Shown here in pieces: positions 37,633 to 49,853 of a DNA stretch of 64,000 bases. A model generated the notes under the pieces. The model was given only the letters and a program-made list of their open reading frames with translations. It ran no database searches and had not been told where the DNA came from. The DNA comes from Trichodelitschia bisporula. Taxonomy: Eukaryota. Position 1 is the first letter of the stretch; each line of letters opens with the position of its first letter. The stretch is from contig ML996687.1 of the NCBI GenBank assembly GCA_010356995.1, forward strand, positions 1,675,803 through 1,739,802, in the 5' to 3' direction. A program made the translations under genes and the position numbers.

Positions 37633-39008
37633 GAATCCGTTGTGGTGAATGAGACGCTGATGCGTATGCTGGGATGAGTTTCTTTGGCTTCGAAAGGTAT
37701 GAAGTGGGTGTGGTCTACGCCGCATGCCAGATTTGAATAGCTCCTTTTTTTTATGACGAGAGCGAAGGATTGAAAGTTTGACACGGCTTCCTCTTCTTCT
37801 GGGGGGTTTGTTGTATTAGTATGACCTCTTTTCATCACTGTTTCACGTTGGCGCCCTGTCTTCACTTTCACATTGGCGCCCGTCTTCACTTCCCATACCC
37901 TCTGTTTTTCTCCTTCGACCGTTTCCCCATTTCTAGCGCATCTTGGGAGCATTGGGGCCCTTTCTCTCACCCATCAGCTGCATATTTGTGCTTCAGTCCT
38001 CTGCACCGGCATTAGCAGTACAATCTCCTTCCCTACTTCACCTTTTACTAGCTATCTAACGACACGGCGTCGCGGGATCTATATCGAGCAAGCGGCCCAC
38101 CGGGGCACGGGAAGGTTAATGTACTAGATTGGTTGCTAGGGTTACGCCTTCTCCCTCTTGCCGTGATCCCTCTTTGCCGTGAACATATCGTCCCATTCAC
38201 CTCTTTCTTTCCCTAATCGTTTCCTGATTCGGAAGCATTCACGGGCCCAAGGGCCACCCTCGCCGCCCGCAGAATGGCTGATATCGAAACGCGGAGCCAA
38301 GGCCTGCAGGTGACGGCGCTCGGGCCGCTAGGCTCGGCGGTTAGGACGGGCAGACGGTGCTCCGTCTGCGGGGGGCCCGTGAGGCTTGCGTGCTTGCGTG
38401 TGCTGCGCGCCTAGATGCGGGGGCGGGGTGAGGGGTGGTCTGATTCTGATGCCATGGCTGTCGGTGCGGCGTCGCTGGGAAGGGCAGGACTCGAGTCCCC
38501 GCTGCTGTATCCCGACCGTGGGTTAGACCGCTGGATGATGGGAGCGTGCAGATCTCACGGGTAAAAGGCTAGACTTCAACACATTTGCTATTCAACAGCA
38601 GTAAGTCTCGCTAACGATATTATCCCCCTCCTTTCTCCGTTTTCGTAGCATCCGTGTCGTGACCTCGCACTTCTTCGCACTCGAGCAACTCGCACGCTGT
38701 ACAAAGCCCTCCCCCAGTTTCAACCCCGGACTCCGCGCCCCTTCCGTCTTCCCAGCGGCGAAGATCTCCGATGAGGAGATTCCCCGCGCCCTCGTCCTCC
38801 AAAGCCAGACAAAAAAACGCCAGTAAGAACCCGGCACATGACTATATGGAAGAGCGAAAGGCCACTCAGTCAGGTATCAAGCGCCCACCCCCCCAAAAAA
38901 AAACCGAACCATCCCAGCTTCAACGAGCGTATGCAGTAGAAAATCCCCATCCAAAAGTCACCCTATACACAAAAGCCACCCATCATTCTGCCCCCCAAGC
39001 ACTCATCC

Positions 39009-40596
39009 TCATCTCCTCCCCTGAAACCCAAACTCAAACCCCTGCCCAACCGGACTCACCGGCGCCGGCGGCCCCGCATACGCCCCCGGAATCGACACCG
39101 CGGCATACTGCGCCTCGCCCGGCGCAGCGGGTACATGTTCGCGCACGAACTCCCCTTGCACTGGCGACGTCGGCGCGCTCATGTCCCCGCGGGGCGGGGT
39201 GTCGAGCCCGCCGAACCGCGCCGCGTGCGCCGTTTTCGGTGTCGCGGCGGGGGCTTTCGGGGGCGGGGGTTGCAGGGCGAAGGGCTTGGGCTCAGTCGCG
39301 GGGACAGCGAACTGCCCTTGCCCCTGGCCTTGCTCGGCTTCGGAGAGCGGGTCCATGGGCGCTCTGTTTGAGAACATGGGATGACCCGCCGGGGCGCGCC
39401 ACCCGCCTTCGCGGGCGGAGGGCAGGCCGTTCCAGCCGGGTGTGTTGGGGACGGATTGGGAGCGGAGCTGCGCGAGGTACATATCGCTGCGAGCACGGTC
39501 GCGCATGGCCATGGACTTGCGGAGGCGGCGCTTGGAGTAGAAGCGGAAGAAGACGATGCCGTAGATGGCGATGGTGAGGACTTCGACTACCACCTCGATG
39601 ATGCAGCACACGAGGCTCCAGTTTTGGAGACGGCAAATGAGGGCGTAAGAGACGTCTTCTTGGAACAGGGCGCGGCGCTTGTTGTCCTTGCAGGCCCAAC
39701 CCCACATATCCTGTCCGTTGCCGTGGGCTTTGGATTGGTTGAGGAGGGCGGCGCCGACGCCCCACATTACGATGCTGAAGATGAAGAAGGCGACGGCGAA
39801 GGTGGTGTAGTAGACTGCGACTTTTTCCGCGCGACGATGCCCGCCTTTCCAGTAGCCGTAGAAGATTATCAGGGACATGAAGAGGGAGAGGCAGGCGATT
39901 ACCAGCAGGACGATTTGGGGCCAGGTTTTGGTGTTGTTGGCCCAGGGGGGGAGACCGTTGCGGGGGGGCAGGGCGCGGGTGGCGTTGAAGATGGTGAATG
40001 TTGCGCCGAGCATGGAGAGCACGATCAGGCTGCAGCTGAAGTTGACGCTGCGGAGGATGAGCTTGGCCATTCGCACGCGAGTTTTGGCTTTCTGGTGGTC
40101 AGTTAGTATGTAAAGTTCTCCCCATTCCCACGTAAAATCTTACCAGGTCCCTCGCCTGCTCCTTCTCGGTAAGCACCTCATGCTTCTCGAGCATCTGCTC
40201 CTCCCGAAAGGTAGGACTGAAGATGGTCGAGGGATTCTTAGGCGGGGCGCCGGGGGACTTGAGCGCGCTCTTGAGCGGGGAGCGCGGCGTAGGCGGCGGC
40301 AGGTAGTTGCGGTCCGTTTCCTCCATTTCGACGCTCAGGTGCTGGTTCTTCAGGTATCCGAAGCCGACGTCTGCGGGTTGCGGTTGGGGCAGGTAGTGGT
40401 TTGTCGGGGGGTCGGCGAAGGGGTCCCGCTTCGCGGTCGCGGGCGCGGACTGCTGGGTTGAGGGCTCGATGGGCGAGTAGACGGTTGTTGCTTCGGCGAA
40501 GCGTGCCGTGCGCGGCGTCTTTATAGAGAGGGTGAGAGAGTCTAATGAGCTGTTGCGGGGCCGGGTCGGGGGGTTTATCTTGTCTTCGGTTGGCAT
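39009..40596 (-). CDS. Four-TM MARVEL-like membrane protein, probable hyphal anastomosis protein HAM-8
   Basis: KTPRTARFAEAT, SPTFREEQMLEK, LRSVNFSCSLI, DMWGWAC, RARSDMYLAQLR. Intron 40092-40143. The HAM-8 identity is from recall, not a search. Confidence 0.65.
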
Positions 40597-40917
40597 GGTG
40601 CTGAGGAGAGAGGGGAAAGAGGAAGAGAGAGGGTGTGAGGAGGGATGAGGGGATATGAGAGGGAGGACAGCACGCCAGCTGAGTGTGGCGAAGGGGTGTG
40701 AGACCGCAGGTTAAGGCGCACAGCGGCTACGTGAGAGGTGGATGAAGAGAAGGCAAGTGGAAAGGTTGGGCCAGCCCAGGTGCAGATGTAAGAAATGGAA
40801 GAGAGGAAAGGAAATAGGATAGGCGCCGCACGATTACGATGATGAAGAGAGAGAGGAAGAGAGAGAAGAGACCAGCTGTTGTAGAAAGGGAAGAAGACGT
40901 ACGGTTAAGAGAGGTGG

Positions 40918-40920
<3 letters not shown>

Positions 40921-40968
<48 letters not shown>
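40921..40968. repeat. G48 homopolymer
   Basis: Read directly. Confidence 0.95.
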
Positions 40969-40970
<2 letters not shown>

Positions 40971-41654
40971 GAGGGGATGGTGTTGGCTTTTGTCGGCGGT
41001 TCGCGCCCGGCGCAAATTGAAAGCAGTCTAATGGGTTCGCTTCTGCTTCACTCTCTGTGAACGAATAACCTGGCGGCTCTGTGAGGGAAGAGAATGGTCA
41101 AAGCAAGCTGTATGTCTGGCGGGGAGTGGAGCATGGGGGAGGGAGGGATGGGGATGGGTGGGAGGTGTTGAAGGGCGCATGGGAGTATCAAGGCAGATGA
41201 GTCGAGAAAAAGACGGACAAGGCTTCCTCCGATTTCTCTGCTCCGCTCTGCTCACTAACTCTCTCACCTCTCTCTGTTTTCCCCACCCAGCAAGACTAAC
41301 AAGCCTGACCAAGCCCTCTTGAATCCACGGGCGCCAAATGCCGCTCGCGCACCCGCCGTGAGATGGCAAGTCGAGCGCTGATAGGAGGCTCACCCAGCTG
41401 GACTTGGACTTGGTACTATTCTCGCCCGTCAAGTCGTGCTCGGCCTGGCCCTGCGCCAACCGCCAGCCACTGAGCAGCGGTAACCCTCGGGGCAAGCGCC
41501 CCTGCCGAGCAGCGCCAAATGGGAAGAACCTTATCTGACTGGGCGATGCGGGGGTGGTGGGGGGATGGTGGTGGTTGGGTTAGGGTAGAGAAGATGGATA
41601 GCTTAGTGACTTGACTGGGAGGGGTGGTCTTACGGAGAATAGATGGAGAATATC

Positions 41655-41699
41655 AATCATCATCATCATCATCATCATCAACATCAACATCAGCATCAT
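41655..41699. repeat. (CAT)n microsatellite, imperfect
   Basis: Read directly. Confidence 0.9.
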
Positions 41700-42753
41700 A
41701 TAACGGTCCCTTTGCGGTAGTCTTTCAACAGAGGTATTCTGAGCAAAGTCAATAGTCAATGCGCCATCAGGACAAAAACTCACCACCATCACTTGCCGTA
41801 CCCATCACCCATCACATCACCACCAGCAGTGCCCTAACCTGTCGAAGCGCCGACTCAAGAAGCGCTCTCAGGTCGATTCTGCATCTCGATTGGCCGATGG
41901 TGCTGCAAGCCCCAGGTCATCACATCGCACCATCCCACCAACCACCATCGCGAGTCCGGGTCTTCCCTTGCCAGCCGGCGCATAACCAGCCGTGCGCCCA
42001 GGAGTCGTCGTGCAGCGAAGGCCTGCCAGTAGATATCCGCATCTTCATTCGTCGAACGGGGAGCAAGCAGTACGGGAGTTGGGCATACACCCGGAAGAGT
42101 GAATTAGCGAAATGCAGAAGAAGAGCGCGAAGGGAACCGCTGTCGAGAACCGAGAGAACCACCGCTTGCATCGAGTTCACCCTAACCCTCTGAAGCATTT
42201 CTCCCCCACTTTCTCATCACACTCTCGTCGCTTGTCCATCCCACTAGAAAAAGCCCAGAGCGACACCGCACCCTCCGCCGGCCAACGATGACAGATACTT
42301 CCCTCGGACGACGTCTGCGGCGTGACCCGTAGTGGCATATCATAGCCGTAGCTCAAGCGTCCAATTCCCCGCCCCACGCCTTCTCCGCAACTCTCCAATC
42401 ACCCCCTCTCAAAGCTCAGCCTCTTTCTGAGGTGAGATCAAACAACCCGCCAGCGCAACGGAGTGGCGGGAAGACGACGCGGCCACGGGAATCCAAGGCG
42501 CGGGGAGGGGGGGAGGGGGGGAGGGGGCACGGGGTGATCGTTGCGCAGCGCACGCCCGCTTCCTTGCATCCCGCCGCATAATTAACCGGCATTCCTGGCC
42601 CCCCATCGGGGTTGTTAACCGTTGCGCGGGAATCAACTGCGGATCAAAATGCCTATAATTAGCTGACGCCACCCGCGGCCGACGATTTCGATCCGGCATT
42701 TTGAGTCGCCCAATGCGACAAATCCCGGCCACGGCCACGCTGTGGAACGACCG

Positions 42754-42799
42754 GTTCTTCTTCTCCTCCTTCTTCTTCTTCTTCTTCTTCTTCTTCTTC
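42754..42799. repeat. (CTT)n microsatellite
   Basis: Read directly. Confidence 0.9.
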
Positions 42800-43965
42800 G
42801 CCGTGGAGCCGTGCAGAGGTGGGATGGGGGGGAAGACGTGCTTGCTTTGCCTTCGTCCTGTCGGACCCGAAGGGCGCGCTGCTTGCCCCCGCGAGACATG
42901 CTCCGCGATGTGTCATGTGGCAGCCAGCGCGGGCCGGGGGGTTACTTACCCGTCCATATCCTCCGATAGACATCGGGTCTTGGCCACCCCTCCGCAAAGC
43001 ACCTCCAGATTGCCTGCAGCTCTGCTCTCTCCCAAAAAGCCAATACACAGTAATCAGGGAACCCAACTCACTCACCTGCAGTTTGTTGGGCGTAAGGCTG
43101 AACATCTCTCATCATCCCTCATAGCCCACCATCGCAACCACGGCCCCGTCCCCAACACCGCATCGTGTTGGCCGGCCGGCCGCCTTGTATGCTGATCAGA
43201 GCAACTGCACCTCGCCTCCATCCACCGTGTCGTGTCGTGTACGCAATTGTCCTGCATGTCTCTGGGGGTCCGCCTGTGTTTTAAGCCCGTTGGCCGTTTG
43301 TGCCCCCAACCCCGTGCTGTGCTGCGGAGAGCGGGGGCCTGATCTGGGGCCTTCCTGGCTTGGATGATGCGGCCGGCTTGCGGCCGGCTTGCGGCCAGCT
43401 TGCGGTTATTTTGAGCCGCTGTAGATGACCTGGCCGGGTACTTCTCTGCGATATGCTGCTGTGAGGGAGCGGGATGATGCGTGTGGGGATCCTGTGTGGG
43501 TATTTTGGGATGAGGGCTGGTCGACTACTTTAGGAACACTTTGCGCTTCGTGTTCGCGGGCGATCATCCGAAAGGGCAGGCAAGCATCGCCAACTCGGCG
43601 CAAATGTCGGCGAATATTGAGCTGAGCAGACACCGTATCCTCACCTCTTGATTCAAGGGAGAGAGTCATGAACCAAGTCGTCGTTAAGTTAGAGATCGGG
43701 CTATGACGCCGGAAACGTCAACTCCGATATCCATATCACGTGATATCACCCAGGCCGACCCACATGGCATCAAATATCAGTCTTACAACCCTCCCGTAAA
43801 TGAGCACCACTCAATCTCAATTGCGAGCCACGGTTAAGCTGCCGCAAAAGCTAAATGCACCCATTACCGTAAAAATGCCCACAAGCCGCCGTATGAACGC
43901 CTTCACATCCATCCAGACATCTCCAATCGAAAACAACCCCCAAACTCCCTACCGTTGCATGCGCA

Positions 43966-44807
<842 letters not shown>

Positions 44808-45104
44808 CGTGGCAAAAGAAGAAAGATGTACGTGGGTGTGTCTAGGGTACTCGACGAGAGAGCTGGTGTCGCTGAGCTTTGAAGCTTTGCGCGGCGCGGA
44901 TCGTTGATGCCACGCGTCGTTGCTCCCTGTCCGGCGGCGCCCTCCCCCTCCCCCGCCTTATCGATAAGCATTTTGATGCGCCCCAAAAATTCACCGACCG
45001 CCGCTACACCATCACTGTTGCCGACTTCACATCACCACCCCTCACCACCCCAATCGCACCGCAAACCACCCGCCACTTAGCCTCAACAGCACCAAACCGC
45101 AATC

Positions 45105-45972
45105 ATGTCCCGCCCCGAAGACATCCTGTCTGCCCCCCCCTCCCCTTCCACTCCCCCAACCCACTAACCCCCCGTGTAGCCCCCCGGACCTCTACTACAA
45201 CGAACCGACCTCCAAAAAATACACAACCAACAGCCGCATCCGCACCATCCAAGCCTCCATGACCCACCGCGCCCTCTCCCTCCTCTCCCTCACAACCCCA
45301 TCCCTCGTTCTCGACATTGGCGCCGGGAGCGGTCTCTCCGGCCAAATCCTCTCCTCCGTCCCCACCTCGGCGGGGGGACCGCATACCTGGATCGGCCTCG
45401 ACATATCCGCGTCCATGCTCGCCGTCGCGCTGGAGCGCGAGGTCGAGGGGGATCTCCTCCTCGCGGACGCAGGACAGGGCCTCGGGTTCAGGGCCGGCAC
45501 GTTCGATGCAGCGATTAGTATCAGCGCGGTGCAGTGGCTGTGCAACGCCGAGTCCTCTGAAGAAACCGCCCCGCAGCGCCTGAAGCGCTTCTTCGACAGT
45601 CTCTACGTGTCCCTAAAGCGCGGCGGGCGCGCCGTGTGCCAGTTCTACCCGCGGGATGAGCGGCAGAAGAAAATGGTCGCCGATGCCGCGATCCGCGCGG
45701 GCTTTGGCGCGGGGTTGCTCGAGGACGGGGCGGGGACGAAGGGGGTTAAGGTGTATCTAGTACTGACGGCGGGGGAGACGGGGGATATTACGGGGGTGGT
45801 GGAGGGGATGGAGGGGGTGGAGGTTGATGATCACAGGAAGAAGAGACAGAAGGGGGAGGTTGCGAGTCGCAAGGATGATATTTTGCGAAGGAAGGCGAGG
45901 CTGGAGAGGAAGGGGAAGGTGGTGAAGGCGACGAGCAAGTACACGGGCAGGAAGAGGAAGATTGCGTTCTGA
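45105..45972 (+). CDS. BUD23: 18S rRNA m7G methyltransferase
   Basis: MSRPEDIL|PPDLYY, LDIGAGSGLSG, AISISAVQWLCNA, AVCQFYP and SKYTGRKRK. Intron 45128-45179. Confidence 0.96.
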
Positions 45973-46335
45973 GGGCCTTGTGCCTTGGGGCTGTTTTCAT
46001 GGCGGCGTTTGGCGTTTGGGACGGAGGGGGCGGAGAGATACCGAGTAATTTTCGTACTGTTCACACGCAGGAAAATGGATGAGCTGAAGGTGGAGTGATT
46101 TACCATAGTCTAAGCTAGCATGAAGTCACGATATGTTCCCTACACCACCTTGTTGGACCTGCATACGGGCACAACCACCCCAATCCAGCAACCATAGCGA
46201 ACCGCGAACCATTACGCAAGAAAAGCGCCCAGAGACACCGTTCCATGCCAAACCAATGGCCCAATGCAACCAGCGTTCACGCGCCCGCCATGCAAACACC
46301 CACGGAACAAACACGCCAAATGCAACCCAACCCAC

Positions 46336-48381
46336 TCAAAGCCCTTCCCCATCGAGCAACCCTCCAAGAATCCCCTTCGCCCCTGTTCCCTCCAAAGAAT
46401 CCCTAACCTCCTTGACCCCCACACAGCTAGCCACGCGCTTCTCCTCTCCTACTCCGCCCACAAACCCGCTGCCCCGTCCCCTGCCCTTCCGCGAAGGCGT
46501 CCCCGCCCCGGGTCCCTGCACCAAACTGCCCTTCTTCCCTTCCACCCACGCCACCAGGCTCAGCGCCTCGAGGCTAGAAACCACATCACTGAACTCTGTG
46601 CTGGAGAGTGGGTGCAGCACATTGTCGCGCGTGCACAGCGCCGCATATGTCTCAAACAGGCGCTTGACCGTAGGAGCAGCGTTGGCGGCCGCTGACTTTG
46701 ACGGCGTGGACGGGATGTCGCTGGGCGTAGAGCCACGATGCTTCTCCTCCAGCGCAACAAGGGCGCACAGCGCAGCCTTCTGCTGCAAGTTGAGAGCCGA
46801 CAACCGCTGCGACGAGCCATTGGAGAAAGCCGCCGCCGTGACACGAGCCATGTGCGCAATAGTAGCGCGAGGCGCCGACTCGACGGTAAGGTCCTTGAGC
46901 GGATTGCTGACGAACGGCAGAGTGGCCTGTTTCTTTGGGGAGCGGGAAGTGGGCGGAGACGTCAAGTTGACATTATCCATTTCCCTCAGCGGTGTCTTCG
47001 TCGGGCTCGCGGATACGAAGGATTCAAACTCGTTGGACTGACTGTTGGCGCTTGCGAGCTTGGTGCGCGTCTCGGACTCGATCAGGTCGATGGCGCGCAG
47101 GCAGATGCTGAAGGCCTTGCGCAGGTCGCCCGTCTGAGCTGCCACCTTCTTAGAGGCGAAGAGGACGGCAGTTGGGTGGATAAAGGGGACAAAGTCAGGC
47201 TTGGCCTCCGTGCCCTCTGGGAGCAGAGCCTTGAGCTTCGAGGAGATGACATCCGCGATCTGGACAGCAGAGTACGGCATGAAGGGAAGAAGATGAGGCC
47301 GCAGACCGCGCGTCTTGAGGCGAGGCAGAAACCGGTCCGTAAAGTCGAGAGCATTGGCAATGCCGATAAGCAAAAGGCTTGACTTCTTCTTGAGAGACCA
47401 CTCGAAGAGCTTGTACATGAGATCAAGATCGACGCCGAGAAGGTGGTCAATTTCGTCCAGGATGACGAGATAGGACGCATCCTTTTGCAGGAAGAGCGCC
47501 TCCAAAGCTGCCGTCTCATGCCCTTCCATGACCTCGGTCTGTTCAAACTCATCGAGGAGCTTAGCGTAGATGTCGGCAGCCGTCTTGACGCTCATGCAGT
47601 TGACGTAAGCATGCTTGGTGTGCACCTCCTCGCGGATCAAGCCGCAAACTTCCATCACCAGCGCGCTCTTCCCCGTTCCCGGCGGGCCAGACACGTAGAG
47701 GGAGCCAGACACCTTAGACTCGAGGCGCGGCTTGACAAACTGCCATAATTCCTCGCGCTCCTTCTCACGGCCAATGAGCTGCTGGGAGTGGGTGCTGCGA
47801 GCAAACGCTTTGCGCGCGTCATTGTAGACGGACGAGCCACTCAGCCGAGGAGAGGTGGGCGTACGCGGGCTCTGCGGAGTAAGAGGACGATTGAGGACGC
47901 CTACGCGATGACGCGGTGTCACTGGAACTTTCTTCGACAGGGCATCGCGGTGCCTCGGCGTCGACGGGGTCACGGGGTTGTCATCTGAGGTGGAAGAGCT
48001 CTCAATCTCCAGCTGCTTCTTCGACGGCGAGAAGAGAAGACGCTTTGAAGGTGTTGCACGCTTCGCGAAGGCGGAGCAGCTTCGCAGCTTCTTCAGCGGG
48101 CCGGGCTTATCCAAATCGTCGAGCTCATCCTCGTTCTCGTCGAGCACCTCAATGGGGCGGGCACTACTGCGCGTCCGCGGAGTGACGAAAGGGTTCTCAG
48201 GCTTGTCACTGGAAACGACGAAGGCCTTGGACTTGGAGCGTGTGGTAGGCGTGGAAGTGGTTGCTGAGGGACCTAGGGACCAGTTAGCGCCATAAACAAA
48301 CGGGCAGGGACTTTGGGAGCTGGCCGTACTCGACTGCGCAACAGCACTGCGAGTGCGCTTCCCCAGAACAGTATTGACCAT
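46336..48381 (-). CDS. CDC6: Replication licensing AAA+ ATPase Cdc6/Cdc18
   Basis: N-terminal TP/SP CDK sites, Walker A GPPGTGKS, Walker B LVILDEID, IGIANALDFTDRFLPRL and GDLRKA. Probable intron 48273-48329. Confidence 0.95.
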   Translation of the reverse strand: MVNTVLGKRTRSAVAQSSTASSQSPCPFVYGANWSLGPSATTSTPTTRSKSKAFVVSSDKPENPFVTPRTRSSARPIEVLDENEDELDDLDKPGPLKKLRSCSAFAKRATPSKRLLFSPSKKQLEIESSSTSDDNPVTPSTPRHRDALSKKVPVTPRHRVGVLNRPLTPQSPRTPTSPRLSGSSVYNDARKAFARSTHSQQLIGREKEREELWQFVKPRLESKVSGSLYVSGPPGTGKSALVMEVCGLIREEVHTKHAYVNCMSVKTAADIYAKLLDEFEQTEVMEGHETAALEALFLQKDASYLVILDEIDHLLGVDLDLMYKLFEWSLKKKSSLLLIGIANALDFTDRFLPRLKTRGLRPHLLPFMPYSAVQIADVISSKLKALLPEGTEAKPDFVPFIHPTAVLFASKKVAAQTGDLRKAFSICLRAIDLIESETRTKLASANSQSNEFESFVSASPTKTPLREMDNVNLTSPPTSRSPKKQATLPFVSNPLKDLTVESAPRATIAHMARVTAAAFSNGSSQRLSALNLQQKAALCALVALEEKHRGSTPSDIPSTPSKSAAANAAPTVKRLFETYAALCTRDNVLHPLSSTEFSDVVSSLEALSLVAWVEGKKGSLVQGPGAGTPSRKGRGRGSGFVGGVGEEKRVASCVGVKEVRDSLEGTGAKGILGGLLDGEGL

Positions 48382-48487
48382 GGCTGCAGTAGTGGAGAGT
48401 TCGTGGAAGCAGCAATGGTGGTTATTGAGGGGAGGGGCGTGGGGAGTGTGAAGTGGAGAGAAGTCGTGCGGGAGGCCTGCCGGTTTC

Positions 48488-48603
48488 ATCGCGAAAGGCA
48501 CGGTCCACTTTGACGCGGGCGTGATTTGCTCGCGCAACGCGACGCGTCGGCCAAACCACTTCCGGCCTCGGCGCCGATGACGCGTTGCGCGTGCATGGCG
48601 CGA
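48488..48603. promoter_or_regulatory. Cluster of MCB (ACGCGT) and CGCG elements upstream of CDC6
   Basis: ACGCGT at 48542 and 48580, ACGCG at 48513 and CGCGAAA at ~48490. CDC6/cdc18 is a canonical MBF target. Confidence 0.7.
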
Positions 48604-49108
48604 CCAGAGACACCCAGCCACCAGACTTCATCTCAGCCTCGCCCACGACAGCCTCATTCAACTTCAAATACCATCCAAAGTGGGATTGGAAGAGCGCAAG
48701 TAGCTTGCAAGCTAGTTCTCTGCCTTGAAGTCACGGGGCCGTATGGCAGCTCGTCCACCCTTTGACCTGCAAAAGCTGTGTCTCACCGCCCCCTCTTAAC
48801 TGTTTGATCAGATGTACCCTCACTGAGCTCTGGGTTGCACGGTAGTGCACTAGCTGTTTGATAGGTTACACCTCGTGAAGTCCACGCTCGTGGGAACCTG
48901 TAGTCGGAGTCAGCTCTACTCCTCTGTCACTCCGCGCGGGGGCTGTGGTCTGAGGTGCGCAGCATGGTTGTTTGCTACGTGATCACCAGCCAGCACGATG
49001 CTACAAGGCATTTAAAAGCGGTACTTGGAGTATTCTCCCATCTCTTCCTACGTTTCCTTCCTCTTTACCAGCTCTATCACGGTCGATTGAAGCCTTCATG
49101 TTGTCACA

Positions 49109-49719
49109 ATGGCACTCGCGAGAACGCAGTGCCATCGATGTAACGACTCACACTTGTGTACTGGCCGGCATGGCTACAACTACTTCATGCGACCTCACCG
49201 CGGCCCGATGCTTGGTCCGGCTCTACCTCCTCAAGATGCTCTCGTCATGTACGATCCGTTTCCGCCACGCTTTCCACCGCCATTCCCACCGCCCATGATA
49301 CCCCGAGGGCGTATGATAGACAACCTGGCGCCAGAACGCTTCTGCCTCTGCCGGATTTGCGACTTTTGGCGCAATAACATCCCGGCTTTGTTTGTAAGTG
49401 AGTTAGCCTGATTTCCTTTAAATCGTGGCTGATGTACGGCAAGGAGCATACGCCCACCGGTCGCGAGGTCGAGGTCTTATTGCGCGAATGCTCCGATTAC
49501 TACCACGACATTTTGGACTACGGTGTTGCACTCGACCTCGTCGATGCACTTTTCGACAAATTAGCCGATGTAGACGATGCCCTCCATATGGTAGGGCCGT
49601 GGGTGCCACGTCCTGAGCAGGAGGTCTACAGGAATGTGGCCATGAAGCTGCCAGTCCTTCAAATGCAGCTTCAAATGCAGCTTCAAATGCAACTGGAAGA
49701 CGAATTACCGTGGCTCTGA
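49109..49719 (+). CDS. Orphan two-exon protein with Cys/His motifs and a Pro-rich linker
   Basis: ORFs 49109 and 49432 join in frame via a GTAAGT..CTGAT..AAG intron at 49394-49443. Confidence 0.45.
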
Positions 49720-49853
49720 GATACATGTGCATACCACTCTGTACTTTTCCGAAAATATCTCATTGTATTGGCATCTTACATTGATGCGGATATCTGGCAT
49801 TGTGGGCGTTCGGGAGCAGTAAGGCGAGGGCGACCTTGGGCAGGGACGAGTCT

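Noticed and set aside
38771..40106. Plus-strand ORFs of 268 and 241 aa
   Set aside because: Antisense shadows of the HAM-8-like gene.
46133..47382. Plus-strand ORFs of 302 and 214 aa
   Set aside because: Antisense shadows of CDC6.
48382..48621. N-terminal 80-aa extension of the CDC6 ORF
   Set aside because: Non-ATG start running through the MCB promoter. ATG 48381 (MVNTVLGKRTR) is the plausible start.
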